Of a DNA stretch of 64,000 nucleotides, positions 10,524-19,571 are shown in pieces (position 1 is the first letter of the stretch; every line of letters begins with the position of its first letter). Location: the NCBI GenBank assembly GCA_963703275.1, contig OY969804.1:2963154-3027153 (forward strand), given 5' to 3'. The DNA comes from an uncultured Actinomycetes bacterium. Lineage in GTDB: Bacteria > Actinomycetota > Thermoleophilia > Gaiellales > JAICJC01. A program made the position numbers and the translations under genes. The notes beneath the pieces are model-generated. The model saw nothing but the letters and a program-made list of their open reading frames with translations. It was not told where the DNA came from and did no database searches.

Positions 10524-12254
10524 GTGGAACGGGCGGACGACGGCTACAAGTGGGTTGCGCTCTCGAACACCACGCTCGGCGTGCTCCTGGCGACGATCGA
10601 CGCCTCGATCATGCTGATCGCGATGCCCGACATCTTCCGCGGCATCGGCCTCGACCCGCTGAAGCCGGGCAACAGCTTCTACCTCCTGTGGATGATCCTC
10701 GGCTTCCTGATCGTGTCGAGCGTTCTGGTGGTCAGCGTCGGCCGGCTCGGCGACATGTTCGGGCGGGTGCGGATGTACAACCTCGGATTCGTCATCTACA
10801 CCCTCGCGTCGCTTCTGCTCACGATCGACTGGATGCACGGGCGGGCCGGCGCCGACTGGCTGATCTTCTTCCGGATCGTGCAGGGCGTCGGCGCGGCGTT
10901 CCTGATCGGAAACTCGGCGGCGATTCTCACCGACGCGTTCCCCGCCAATCAGCGCGGGCTCGCGCTCGGCATCAACAACGTGGTGGGGATCAGCGGCCAG
11001 TTCATCGGCCTCGTGCTCGGTGGGGTGCTGGCACCGATCGACTGGCGGCTCGTGTTCCTGGTGTCGGTGCCGTTCGGGATCTTCGGGACGATCTGGTCGC
11101 GCCGCAAGCTGCGCGAGATCGGCGTGCGCCGCCCGGCCCCGATCGACTGGGCGGGCAACCTGACGTTCGGGATCGGGCTCGTGATGGTCATGATCGGCGT
11201 GACATACGGGATCCGCCCGTACGGCACGCACACGATGGGCTGGACATCGCCGTTCGTGCTCGCCTGCCTGATCGGCGGCGCCGCGCTGCTCGTGCTCTTC
11301 GGCGTGATCGAGACGCGCGTGCGCTACCCGATGTTCCGGCTGCACCTCTTCCGCATCCGCGCCTTCACGTTTGGGGTTTTCTCGAGCTTCCTGGCGGCCA
11401 TCGCCCGGGGCGGGCTGATGTTCATGCTGATCATCTGGCTGCAGGGGATCTGGCTGCCCGAGCACGGCTACAGCTTCTCGTCGACGCCGCTCTGGGCGGG
11501 CGTCTCGATTCTGCCGCTGACCTTCGGGATCCTGGTCGCGGGCCCGCTCTCGGGCATCCTCTCCGACCGGTACGGATCGCGGCCGTTCGCCACCGGCGGC
11601 ATGATCGGCGCGGCGGTGAGCTTCGTCCTGCTGTCGCTGCTTCCGATCGACTTCTCCTATCCGCTCTTCGCCGGCATCCTGTTTCTGATGGGGCTCTCGA
11701 TGGGCGCGTTCGCATCGCCGAACCGCGCGGGGGTCATGAACAGCCTGCCGGCGGAGCACCGCGGCGCCGGCGGGGGCATGAACCAGACGTTCCAGAACTC
11801 CGCCCAGGTGCTCTCGATCGGCATCTTCTTCACGCTGATGATCATCGGCCTCTCCTCCACGCTCCCGCACAGCCTGGCGGGGGGGCTGCACGCGCACGGC
11901 GTCCCCGCGGCCACCGCCGTCAAGGTCGCGCACCTGCCGCCCGTCTCGGTGCTGTTCGCCGCGTTCCTCGGATACAACCCGGCCAAGGAGCTGATCGGGC
12001 CGCACATCCTCAGCCACCTGTCGACGGCCAACGCGACCGCGATCGGCGGCCGCGGCTTCTTCCCCCACCTGATCGCCGCGCCGTTCCACTCAGGACTGCA
12101 CGAGGCATTCGCGTTCGCCGCCGGCGCGTGCCTGCTCGCCGCCGCAGCGTCGTGGTCGCGCGGGCGCAAGTACATCGCGATCGAGACGCCGTTCGGCGGC
12201 GACGGGGCGGCCGCGGAGGCAGACGAGCCGGTCGACGCGGACGTGCTGGCCTAG
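10524..12254 (+). CDS. MFS transporter, DHA2 (EmrB/QacA-like) drug:H+ antiporter
   Basis: About 14 hydrophobic segments. Motifs LGDMFGRVRMY and QGVGAAFLIGNSAAILTDAFP. GTG 10524 preferred because ORF start 10446 would overlap the marR start. Confidence 0.8.
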   Translation: MERADDGYKWVALSNTTLGVLLATIDASIMLIAMPDIFRGIGLDPLKPGNSFYLLWMILGFLIVSSVLVVSVGRLGDMFGRVRMYNLGFVIYTLASLLLTIDWMHGRAGADWLIFFRIVQGVGAAFLIGNSAAILTDAFPANQRGLALGINNVVGISGQFIGLVLGGVLAPIDWRLVFLVSVPFGIFGTIWSRRKLREIGVRRPAPIDWAGNLTFGIGLVMVMIGVTYGIRPYGTHTMGWTSPFVLACLIGGAALLVLFGVIETRVRYPMFRLHLFRIRAFTFGVFSSFLAAIARGGLMFMLIIWLQGIWLPEHGYSFSSTPLWAGVSILPLTFGILVAGPLSGILSDRYGSRPFATGGMIGAAVSFVLLSLLPIDFSYPLFAGILFLMGLSMGAFASPNRAGVMNSLPAEHRGAGGGMNQTFQNSAQVLSIGIFFTLMIIGLSSTLPHSLAGGLHAHGVPAATAVKVAHLPPVSVLFAAFLGYNPAKELIGPHILSHLSTANATAIGGRGFFPHLIAAPFHSGLHEAFAFAAGACLLAAAASWSRGRKYIAIETPFGGDGAAAEADEPVDADVLA

Positions 12255-12258
12255 CGGC

Positions 12259-12918
12259 TCAGGCCGCGGTCATGTCGGTCAGGGTGCGTTCGGCCCAGGC
12301 CCGTTGCTTGGCCCCCGGCTTGCGCCGGCGGCCGAGCGCGGCGAGCAGTTCGGGGCGTGCAGCAGCCGGGTCGGAGAACGCCCGGCGAAGCGTGCGCTCC
12401 ACCTCGCCGACCTCCTCGCCCTCGAGCAGCAGGTCGACGATCGTCCGCGCCGGCGTGGTCACCGGCAGGTGCATCCCCGAGGCGACGCGACACCACGCCC
12501 AGTCGTCCGGGCCGAGCCGCGCGGGGTGGATCACCATGTCGGTGCGGCGGCTGCGCTGACGGGCCTGCGTCAGCTCGGCGCGCTCCGGGATGCGCGTGCC
12601 GATCCCGAGCAGCCGCGCGGCGCTGCGATGGCTGACGACCGCGTCGGGTGCGCCGTCGCGCTGCCACGGCAGGCGGCCTCCAGCGATGGCGAGCCAGGCG
12701 CTCGCGACGTCCTCGAGCTCACCGTCGGCTTCGGCTGTTCCGAGGCCGTAGACGCTGCGGCGAAGATGGCGGAGATGTCCGCCGGCGGCGAGGTCGGACA
12801 GCTGGTTTCTGGTCACCCCGGCGAGCACGACCTGCGCCGCGCTCACGAGGCCGCCCTGCTCGGCCGCGATTGGGGCAAGCGCGCTGAGGACGCCGGCTCG
12901 TGCCATCGCGCGCAACAT
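12259..12918 (-). CDS. AbiEi-like antitoxin-domain protein / putative regulator (orphan)
   Basis: GLVSAAQVVLAGVTRNQLSDLAAGGHLRHLRRSVYGL, then VVSHRSAARLLG and TTPARTIVDLL, recall AbiEi_4-type proteins. Family pattern is from memory. No AbiEii partner is seen. Confidence 0.4.
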   Translation of the reverse strand: MLRAMARAGVLSALAPIAAEQGGLVSAAQVVLAGVTRNQLSDLAAGGHLRHLRRSVYGLGTAEADGELEDVASAWLAIAGGRLPWQRDGAPDAVVSHRSAARLLGIGTRIPERAELTQARQRSRRTDMVIHPARLGPDDWAWCRVASGMHLPVTTPARTIVDLLLEGEEVGEVERTLRRAFSDPAAARPELLAALGRRRKPGAKQRAWAERTLTDMTAA

Positions 12919-12956
12919 AGTTGCCGAGGCCGATTTTGGCCTAGACTCCGCCTCTC

Positions 12957-13063
<107 letters not shown>

Positions 13064-13176
13064 TCCTCGCGAGCGGGGATGGCAGAGCCGCTCGGGGCCG
13101 GTGGGGGCATACTGGGGGCACGAGCGCGGCTTTTTCAGGACCGTGGATCCTCGACTCCGAGGGTTCGGGCGTGTCA

Positions 13177-13400
13177 TACCCCGCCGTTGTGGCTGGATCG
13201 TCTCGCTCCGCCGACGGATCGCTCAGCTGAACTCTTGGAGGCCATTCGACGCCCCCAGCTAACGCCCGTCGTACCGTCGAGGGGGTGACCCACACCCCAG
13301 CGATCCTGCGCCGGTCGGCGGAAGCGCTGCCACTCACCGACCTCCACCGCCAGCCCAAGGGCAGTCAGCGTGTCCACATCGCGCCGATCCAAAGTGTGCG
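13177..13400 (-). pseudogene. possible IS110-family transposase C-terminal remnant
   Basis: Minus-strand translation DVDTLTALGLAVEVGEWQRFRRPAQ...GVGHPLDGTTG resembles the (I)TA..L.AE(I/V)GD..RF ... GL.P....SG motif of IS110 transposases. No N-terminal domain and no start codon. Confidence 0.3.
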
Positions 13401-13467
13401 AGCGGGGCTGGATGAGCGTGGAGTCGCGGGAGCCAGGGTTTGCGTGTGTCCGGTACGATCCGGACGC

Positions 13468-15132
13468 ATGCCGAAGGTCACGATCGCGTTGCCGGCGTAT
13501 CAGGCCGTGACGACCCTGGCGATGACTGTTGCGGACATTCCTGCTGGGGTGGCGGATGAGTTGATCTTGGTCGACGATGCCAGTACCGATGGCACGGCCG
13601 CGCTGTCGCGCGGGCTGGGGATAGCGACGTATGTCCATGCGCACAATCGCGGCTACGGGGGGAATCAGAAGACCTGCTATTTGCGGGCTCTGGAGCGTGA
13701 GACGGATATCGTTGTTCTGCTCCATCCCGATTATCAGTACGACCCCAGGGCGGTGCCGCTGCTGATTGCCCCGATCCTGTCGGGCGATGCCGAGATGACC
13801 TTTGGATCGCGCTTCGCCGGACTTGGGGACCCTCGTGCGGGCGGGATGCCGCTCTATCGCTACGTGGGGAATCGCGTTGCCACCGTGGCCGAGAACGTGC
13901 TGTTGGGATCGCGCTTTACGGAGCTGCACTCCGGTATGCGCGCGTATTCCCGGTGGTGTCTGCTGCGGTTGCCGTTCCTTGGGTATAGCGACGACTTCGC
14001 GTTCGACACGCAGTTGCTAATCGACGCGATCACGGGCGGATTGCGAGTGGTGGAGGTTCCCATCCCGACGCGGTATTCGCGCGAGTCGTCTTCGATCTCG
14101 GTTGGGCGGTCGCTGCGCTACGTGGCGTCCAGTGTGACCGCGTGCGCACAGACGTCGGCGGCGCGGGGCCGGCGTGGCCGCCGCTGGCCCGTCTCGGCGG
14201 CGGCGGTGCAGCCGCGGAAAGCGGCGAGGGGCGAGTGGGATGCCCAAGAGTGCGTGCTGTGCCATGGCATGCGGATGGAGCTTTTGTTTGAGGCGAATAC
14301 GAGTAGACCCGCGGACGTGGGCGAGTTTTCGTGTACCAGCAACCGACTGGCGGAGCATGACGACATCCTTCGCTGCGTTGAGTGTGGGATGATCAGCTCG
14401 CGGCCGACGTTGGATCGCGACGGTCTGGTGGACATGTACGCGTCGTCTCAGGACGAGAACTACCTCGCCGAGGCCGCGGGCCGTAGGGAACTGTTCGACT
14501 GGGTGCTTGACCGGATCTGCGGCTATGCGTTGGGCGGCCGGCGGCTGCTGGAGGTTGGGGCCAACGTCGGCCTGTTCCTGGATGTCGCCACCGGTCGAGG
14601 GTGGCAGGCGCGAGGGGTTGATCCGTCCCGCTGGGCGGTGGCGGAGGGTCGGCGCCTGTTCGGCGTCGACCTGGTCGAGGGGTCGGTTGAGGGAGTCAAC
14701 CCTGACGGTGGGGACACCGACGCCGCCGTGATGCTTGATGTTCTCGAACATGTCACCGATCCCGTCGCAGCATTGGCGGCGCTGCGCAGTGTCGTGGACG
14801 ACGAGGGTCTGCTGGCGCTCACGACCATCAACTGCGAGAGCCTGCATTCACGGGTGCGACGCGGCTCGTGGCCCTGGTACATCCGGCCGCACCTGCACTA
14901 CTTCACTCCGGCGACGTTGCGGATGACGATGGAGCGGGGCGGATTCGACATGGTCGACTATCGGATCGTGCCCCGATCGTTCCATCTCTCCTACGTGATC
15001 GGTCGCGGCCGGAGCAACCTCGGCGCGGCAGGTCGACTTGGCGAACGGCTCGCTGAGTTGTGGGATCCGCGATTGCCGTTCGGCTTGCTCGGCGACGTCG
15101 TACTTGCCATCGGCCGGCCACAGCCCACCTAA
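13468..15132 (+). CDS. GT2 glycosyltransferase (polyprenol-phosphate sugar synthase-like) fused to a Zn-ribbon and class I SAM methyltransferase
   Basis: N-terminus has VTIALPAYQ, LILVDDASTDGT and HNRGYGGNQK (GT2). Middle has CVLCHG...RCVECG. C-terminus has LLEVGANVGLFLD and AAVMLDVLEHV (SAM MTase). ATG 13468 chosen. Confidence 0.8.
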   Translation: MPKVTIALPAYQAVTTLAMTVADIPAGVADELILVDDASTDGTAALSRGLGIATYVHAHNRGYGGNQKTCYLRALERETDIVVLLHPDYQYDPRAVPLLIAPILSGDAEMTFGSRFAGLGDPRAGGMPLYRYVGNRVATVAENVLLGSRFTELHSGMRAYSRWCLLRLPFLGYSDDFAFDTQLLIDAITGGLRVVEVPIPTRYSRESSSISVGRSLRYVASSVTACAQTSAARGRRGRRWPVSAAAVQPRKAARGEWDAQECVLCHGMRMELLFEANTSRPADVGEFSCTSNRLAEHDDILRCVECGMISSRPTLDRDGLVDMYASSQDENYLAEAAGRRELFDWVLDRICGYALGGRRLLEVGANVGLFLDVATGRGWQARGVDPSRWAVAEGRRLFGVDLVEGSVEGVNPDGGDTDAAVMLDVLEHVTDPVAALAALRSVVDDEGLLALTTINCESLHSRVRRGSWPWYIRPHLHYFTPATLRMTMERGGFDMVDYRIVPRSFHLSYVIGRGRSNLGAAGRLGERLAELWDPRLPFGLLGDVVLAIGRPQPT

Positions 15133-15138
15133 CACGCC

Positions 15139-15823
15139 ATGCGCTCCCGGCTCGCGACCATGTGGGCTCGGTTGGGCTGGGTGCCTGGGCCGGTCTGGGC
15201 GGGGTTGGTGCTGGCGGCTCTCGAATTGGTCGCCTTCTGGCGACCGCTGACCGGAGGCGGCGTCCTGTCTGCCGCCACGGCCACGTTCGGTTCACTTCTT
15301 CAGGATCACGGGCGCCAATCGTCGGGTACTCGACGCCCTCAGCGTCCGTTACATTCTGACGCGTCCTGGCGCCAGAGCGCCGTCGCTGCCCGGGTTTCGC
15401 ATCGTCTGTCGAGGCCGCGATGCCACCGTGTTCGAGAATCTGTGCGCCTGCCCCCGAGCGTTCGTCCCGGAACGGAACGGCACCGTCGTGTTCGTGCACG
15501 ACGGCGATGGGACGGTGGCGCTGGCGGCGCGGATGCGGCGTGCGGGGACGGTCGTGCTCGCCGATCAGTTCGCGGCGGGGTGGGGCGTGTCGGTCGACGG
15601 TCACACCGCCCGCCCGCTCCGGTACGACTCGGTGCTCCGCGCCGTGGCCGTGCCCGCCGGGAGGCATCGGATTGTGTGGCGCTACCGCACCCCCGGCCTG
15701 ACCACCGGAACCGTCATCAGCCTCGCCGGGCTCATCCTTGCCGCAATCTGGCTGGTAGCGCCGTGGCGCCTGTTCGTCGGTCGGAACACGGATCGGTTCG
15801 CCGCTGCGCTGAGGTTGGAGTGA
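15139..15823 (+). pseudogene. YfhO-like (GT-C type) membrane glycosyltransferase remnant with internal deletion and frameshift
   Basis: Frame 1 (15139 to about 15290) encodes an N-terminal TM segment (LVLAALELVAFWRPLTGGGVL). Frame 2 (about 15302-15823) encodes a typical C-terminus: VLDALSVRYIL, GWGVSVDGHTARPLRYDSVLRAVAVPAGRHRIVWRYRTPGL, final TM. About 230 codons remain; my recollection is that intact family members are several-fold longer. Confidence 0.5.
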
Positions 15824-15861
15824 GTGGCTAAAACCGCCGCCTCCTCTGCGCGTGTCCAATC

Positions 15862-17721
15862 GTGCTCCAGTGCCGTACTGGTGGAATGCACTCGATGCTG
15901 AGGCTCCGATCGTTCCGACCGGCCGTGGTTGAGGGGGTGGCGTTCGTCGCCGTGGCCGCGCTTGCGACGGTGTACGCGGAGCGCCAGATCCTGTTCACGC
16001 CCCACGTCTATCAGAGCGATGCTCTCCTGCTCGAGTACTGGATGCGGCAGTTCCAGGATCCGCGGTTGTTCACCGATCCCCTCACGCGCGCCCTCGTCCA
16101 CACGGGGTACGTGCCGTTCGGCATACGGGGCCTGTACCTGGTTGCAAGCTACGTGATGGAGCCCATCCGCTTCGGAGCGTGGGCCGCGGTGGTGGTGGCC
16201 CCGTTCTCCGCCTGGCTGGTGTTCCGGATCATCCGCGAGCACACCGCGTGGATTCCCGCGGCGTGGCTCGGTGCCGCGCTCTTTCTCCTGCCCTGGAGCA
16301 CCGAAAGGTTCAGCGGCACTCACGCCAGGGCGTTCGCACAGCCGATCGTCCTTCTGACCCTCTACCTTGTCCTCCGGAGGCGGATCCGATGGGCAGCCGT
16401 GGTACCTCCGGTGGGAGCGTTGCTCTACCCGCCGGCGTCGATCCTCGCGGCCGGGGTACTGGCGGCCTCCGCGCTCGGCCGACACGGACGCCGGCCGACC
16501 ATCGACCGCAGGCTCGCCACGATGGCAGCGGCGTCCGTCTCGGCGGTGCTGGTGGTGCTCTTGACCCCCCGGCTGGCCGGACTGCCCACAAGCCATCTGA
16601 TCAGCGCGTCAGCGGCTCGCCACTACCCCGAGTTCGGCCCCCACGGGCAGATGGTCTTCTTCCGAAAGTCCGTCTGGCAGATGCTCAAGGGACGCTATTC
16701 AGGGTTCGACCTCAAGGCGGCCGGTAGCGTGCTTCTGACCGCGACCGTCGTCACGCTCGCGCTCCGACCGAAAAGCGTGCGGCTTGTACGGAAAGAGGTC
16801 TGGGCGACGGCGGCAGTCTCACTGATCCTGTTCGGCCTGAGCTGGGCAGTGCTGTTCCACCTGTACCTTCCGAACCGCTACACCTATCCGCTGACACCCG
16901 TCTGGTGCATCGTATTAGGCGTGTGCTGGAGACCGACATGGCACGCACTCGCGCGTCGCATGGGCACGCTGTCGTTGGCAACAGTTGCGGTTGTTCTGCC
17001 CGCCGCCATCGTCTGGATCGGCGTCAGGTGGCTAAAACTCGGGCCCCAACTGTCTCTGACCGGGACCCGGCGCCTGCTGGATAGCGGAGCCGGGACCCTC
17101 ATCTCGTCCGCGCTCATCGGGGTGGCGCTCTGCGTCGCCGCGATCCTCCGGAAGCGCCGGAGCAGGACGCGTCGCTCGCTCGTGGCACTTGGATGCACAA
17201 TCTTCTCGGGAGCTGTGCTCGTCGGCGCCGTCACGGGCGCCGGCGGCGGACGGGACTCCATCGTGTGCGGCCAGCCGCGACTGCAGGCCTACCTGCGATC
17301 GCTTCCAACGGACGCGATCATCGCCGGTGACCCGGTGAAGCTCGACTGCGTTCCCATCGAATCGCTGCGCGCAGTCGTCATCTCGAGAAAGCTCTACCAG
17401 CCGGTCGACGCGAACTACCTGAAGGTCATCCGACCGCGCATGTTCGCGATGCTGAACGCGTATTACGGAGCTTCTCGGCAGGCGATCGCCAATCTGTACT
17501 CTCATTACGGAGCCGACTATCTCGTCGTCCAGCGGTCGCTTCTGACCGCCCGTAGGGCGCTTCCCGCCTACACGAACATGGCGCCATTCGAGAAGCTGAT
17601 CAACACCTTGCTCACCAAGAGCTCCACCCGGGCCGCGCTCAGCCTGCCCGCCACCTGCGCCACCTGGAAACACGGCGAGGTCACCGTCTATGAACTCCGG
17701 TGCGTCAGCCGTTCCCGCTGA
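15862..17721 (+). CDS. polytopic membrane protein with C-terminal extracytoplasmic domain (possible GT-C-like)
   Basis: 619-aa ORF with at least 10 hydrophobic segments followed by a soluble tail of about 150 aa. No motif I can name. True start may be an internal Met. Confidence 0.55.
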   Translation: MLQCRTGGMHSMLRLRSFRPAVVEGVAFVAVAALATVYAERQILFTPHVYQSDALLLEYWMRQFQDPRLFTDPLTRALVHTGYVPFGIRGLYLVASYVMEPIRFGAWAAVVVAPFSAWLVFRIIREHTAWIPAAWLGAALFLLPWSTERFSGTHARAFAQPIVLLTLYLVLRRRIRWAAVVPPVGALLYPPASILAAGVLAASALGRHGRRPTIDRRLATMAAASVSAVLVVLLTPRLAGLPTSHLISASAARHYPEFGPHGQMVFFRKSVWQMLKGRYSGFDLKAAGSVLLTATVVTLALRPKSVRLVRKEVWATAAVSLILFGLSWAVLFHLYLPNRYTYPLTPVWCIVLGVCWRPTWHALARRMGTLSLATVAVVLPAAIVWIGVRWLKLGPQLSLTGTRRLLDSGAGTLISSALIGVALCVAAILRKRRSRTRRSLVALGCTIFSGAVLVGAVTGAGGGRDSIVCGQPRLQAYLRSLPTDAIIAGDPVKLDCVPIESLRAVVISRKLYQPVDANYLKVIRPRMFAMLNAYYGASRQAIANLYSHYGADYLVVQRSLLTARRALPAYTNMAPFEKLINTLLTKSSTRAALSLPATCATWKHGEVTVYELRCVSRSR

Positions 17722-17922
17722 ACGAAGGACTCGTCCGCGTTCCGACTTTCCGACGTCCGCAGAGCATCCCAAACGGAGGCGCTGAGTGCGGCGCCGTGGG
17801 ACGCCCCATGCAAGGCTGCCTTCGGTGCAGCCGTCCTTGTACCTCCAGGCGCCGCGGGTCATCCCGTATATCGCCAGGCGCTGGAGCAACTCCGGTGAGA
17901 CGCCGTGAGACCCCAAAGCGCC

Positions 17923-18000
17923 CATCGTAAGGAAGGGGGCAACGGTTCGAGTCCGTCAGAGGGCTTCCTTGTTTTCGGCTTTGTTGAGCGGATTCACGGC
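17923..18000 (+). repeat. direct repeat copy 2 (decayed tRNA-Thr 3' half), attR-like
   Basis: CATCGTAAGGAAGGGGGCAACGGTTCGAGTCCGTCAGAGGGCTT starts in the anticodon loop. The T stem is now mismatched, so this is not a functional tRNA. Confidence 0.75.
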
Positions 18001-18070
18001 GGGCAGGTCTCGTGAAGTGCCCGCGGGTCGACGCGGGTGGGAGCGTGGCCGTGGGCTCATGCTCACCGGC

Positions 18071-19180
18071 TCACTTGTGTTGCGCGGTCAGCGTCTCGGA
18101 CGGCTTCGCTCCGGCGTGGATCTCGCGTGTTCGCTCGAGTTCGGCGTTCACTTCGGCCGCGAACAGGATCGCGAGGCTGCAGAGCCAGAGCCATGTCAGG
18201 GTGATGATCACCGCCGCCAGGGACCCCCAGGCTTTGTTGTACGACGAGAACCCTGACGCGTATACGCCGAAGAGCGCCGATCCTGCGATCCAGAGCACCG
18301 CGCCTGCAATCGCGCCGGGCGTGATGAACTGGAACCGTGGGTGGTCGACATCGGGGCCGAGATACAGAATGCCACCGAAGGCCATCAGCAAGGCCACAAA
18401 GAGAATCGGCCACTGCAGCGTCCACCCGAAAAGGGACGCGGCTCCGGGATAGCCGGTGGCGGTTCCCACCCACCCGGTCATATACGGGGCCAGCACGACT
18501 ATCGCGAACATCGCCACCAGGGCTCCGGTCAGGATCAGCGTGATGAGAAGCGCGGACGCTCGACGGCGGATGAAGCCTCGCTCCTCGCGACGCTCGTAGG
18601 CCACGTTCAACCCCCACATCACGGTCTGCACCGCACCAGTCAGCGAGAACACGGCGAGTACGAGGCCGATGACCACCATGAGCCCGCCGGCCTGGGAGCT
18701 TGACACCTGTTCCAAGTTGGTGCGGATCAAAGTTTGCGCGCTTGCGGGCACGACGCCGTTGAGCTTGTCCACCAGCGCGTTGATGTCGCCCGGGCCGGCG
18801 GTGAGGTTGAGGATCCCAAGCGCCACGATCATCGCCGACGGGATTGCGAAGAACGCCCCGTAGGCGATGCCCTTGCCGATGCTCATCATGTTGTCGGCCA
18901 TTGTGCGCTTCGCTGCCCGCACGAAGACACTTACATAGTCGCTCGCGGGCAGGTCGGCGAGGCCAGGATTGGCGACGGGCGCCGGGTGTGCCGACCAGGC
19001 CGCTCCGGCCTCGGCCGTCGACACGTCGTTGGCGGGCCCGTGTGGTTCCGCGACGCGTCCGAATCGCGGTGGGTGGATTCTCGGCAACGGCTGGGTGATC
19101 CGCTTGTGGAGTTCCGCGATATCGGTCGCGACCGCTTCGCGCGCCTGCTCCGCAGCCAGTCGTGCACGTTCGGCTGACAT
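18071..19180 (-). CDS. YihY/BrkB family membrane protein
   Basis: GKGIAYGAFFAIPSAMI, QAGGLMVVIGLVLAVFSLTGA and SYNKAWGSLAAVIITLTWLWL are typical of YihY. Start at MSAERA (19180), 4 nt after the upstream stop. Confidence 0.8.
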   Translation of the reverse strand: MSAERARLAAEQAREAVATDIAELHKRITQPLPRIHPPRFGRVAEPHGPANDVSTAEAGAAWSAHPAPVANPGLADLPASDYVSVFVRAAKRTMADNMMSIGKGIAYGAFFAIPSAMIVALGILNLTAGPGDINALVDKLNGVVPASAQTLIRTNLEQVSSSQAGGLMVVIGLVLAVFSLTGAVQTVMWGLNVAYERREERGFIRRRASALLITLILTGALVAMFAIVVLAPYMTGWVGTATGYPGAASLFGWTLQWPILFVALLMAFGGILYLGPDVDHPRFQFITPGAIAGAVLWIAGSALFGVYASGFSSYNKAWGSLAAVIITLTWLWLCSLAILFAAEVNAELERTREIHAGAKPSETLTAQHK

Positions 19181-19184
19181 TGGA

Positions 19185-19394
19185 TCACACGACGTCGGCG
19201 TCGTCGGCCGCAAGCCGGCGCTCGATAACGTCGTTCAGCACCTTGGTCAGCACCGTCGTCAGAACGGCGACAGCCACGTATGCAACCCACTGCTTCTTCG
19301 CGACGCTGTGTTGCCTGGATTTTGTCTTGCGCGCCCGCATCGTCCCGGTCACTGCCGGTCTTACCAGAAGACCCGCAATATCTCCCGCACCCAT
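19185..19394 (-). CDS. small membrane protein (hypothetical)
   Basis: 69 aa with one TM (WVAYVAVAVLTTVLTKVL). Its ATG abuts the DUF3618 stop (TAGATG). Confidence 0.45.
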   Translation of the reverse strand: MGAGDIAGLLVRPAVTGTMRARKTKSRQHSVAKKQWVAYVAVAVLTTVLTKVLNDVIERRLAADDADVV

Positions 19395-19571
19395 CTAGAC
19401 CCTCCTGCTCTTTGTCTGAACGCTCTTCTTCAATCGCACGAGAGCGTCGGTGAAGCGATCCTTCGCTCGTTTGGGCGCGTTGGCGCGGTAGACCAACGCC
19501 TCCACCGTGTCCCCCAGATGGTCTCGCGCCTCCTCTACCTGACGGCGGACTTCGCGTGTGTCGCCACCCAT
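19395..19571 (-). CDS. DUF3618-like small protein
   Basis: MGGDTREVRRQVEEARDHLGDTVEALVYRANAPKRAK matches my memory of the DUF3618 N-terminal pattern. Overlaps the end of the holin-X gene. Confidence 0.6.
   Translation of the reverse strand: MGGDTREVRRQVEEARDHLGDTVEALVYRANAPKRAKDRFTDALVRLKKSVQTKSRRV

Noticed and set aside
12259-12918. A complete AbiE (type IV TA / abortive infection) system.
   Set aside because: Only the AbiEi-like half is present. No nucleotidyltransferase (AbiEii) ORF is adjacent on either side.
17722-17925. Minus-strand peptide GVSPELLQRLAIYGMTRGAWRY next to the att-like repeat as a tyrosine-integrase C-terminal remnant.
   Set aside because: The resemblance to the integrase C-terminal LGH...T..Y region is weak. 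The orientation would put the rest of the gene outside the island, across the repeat. An in-frame stop lies just upstream.
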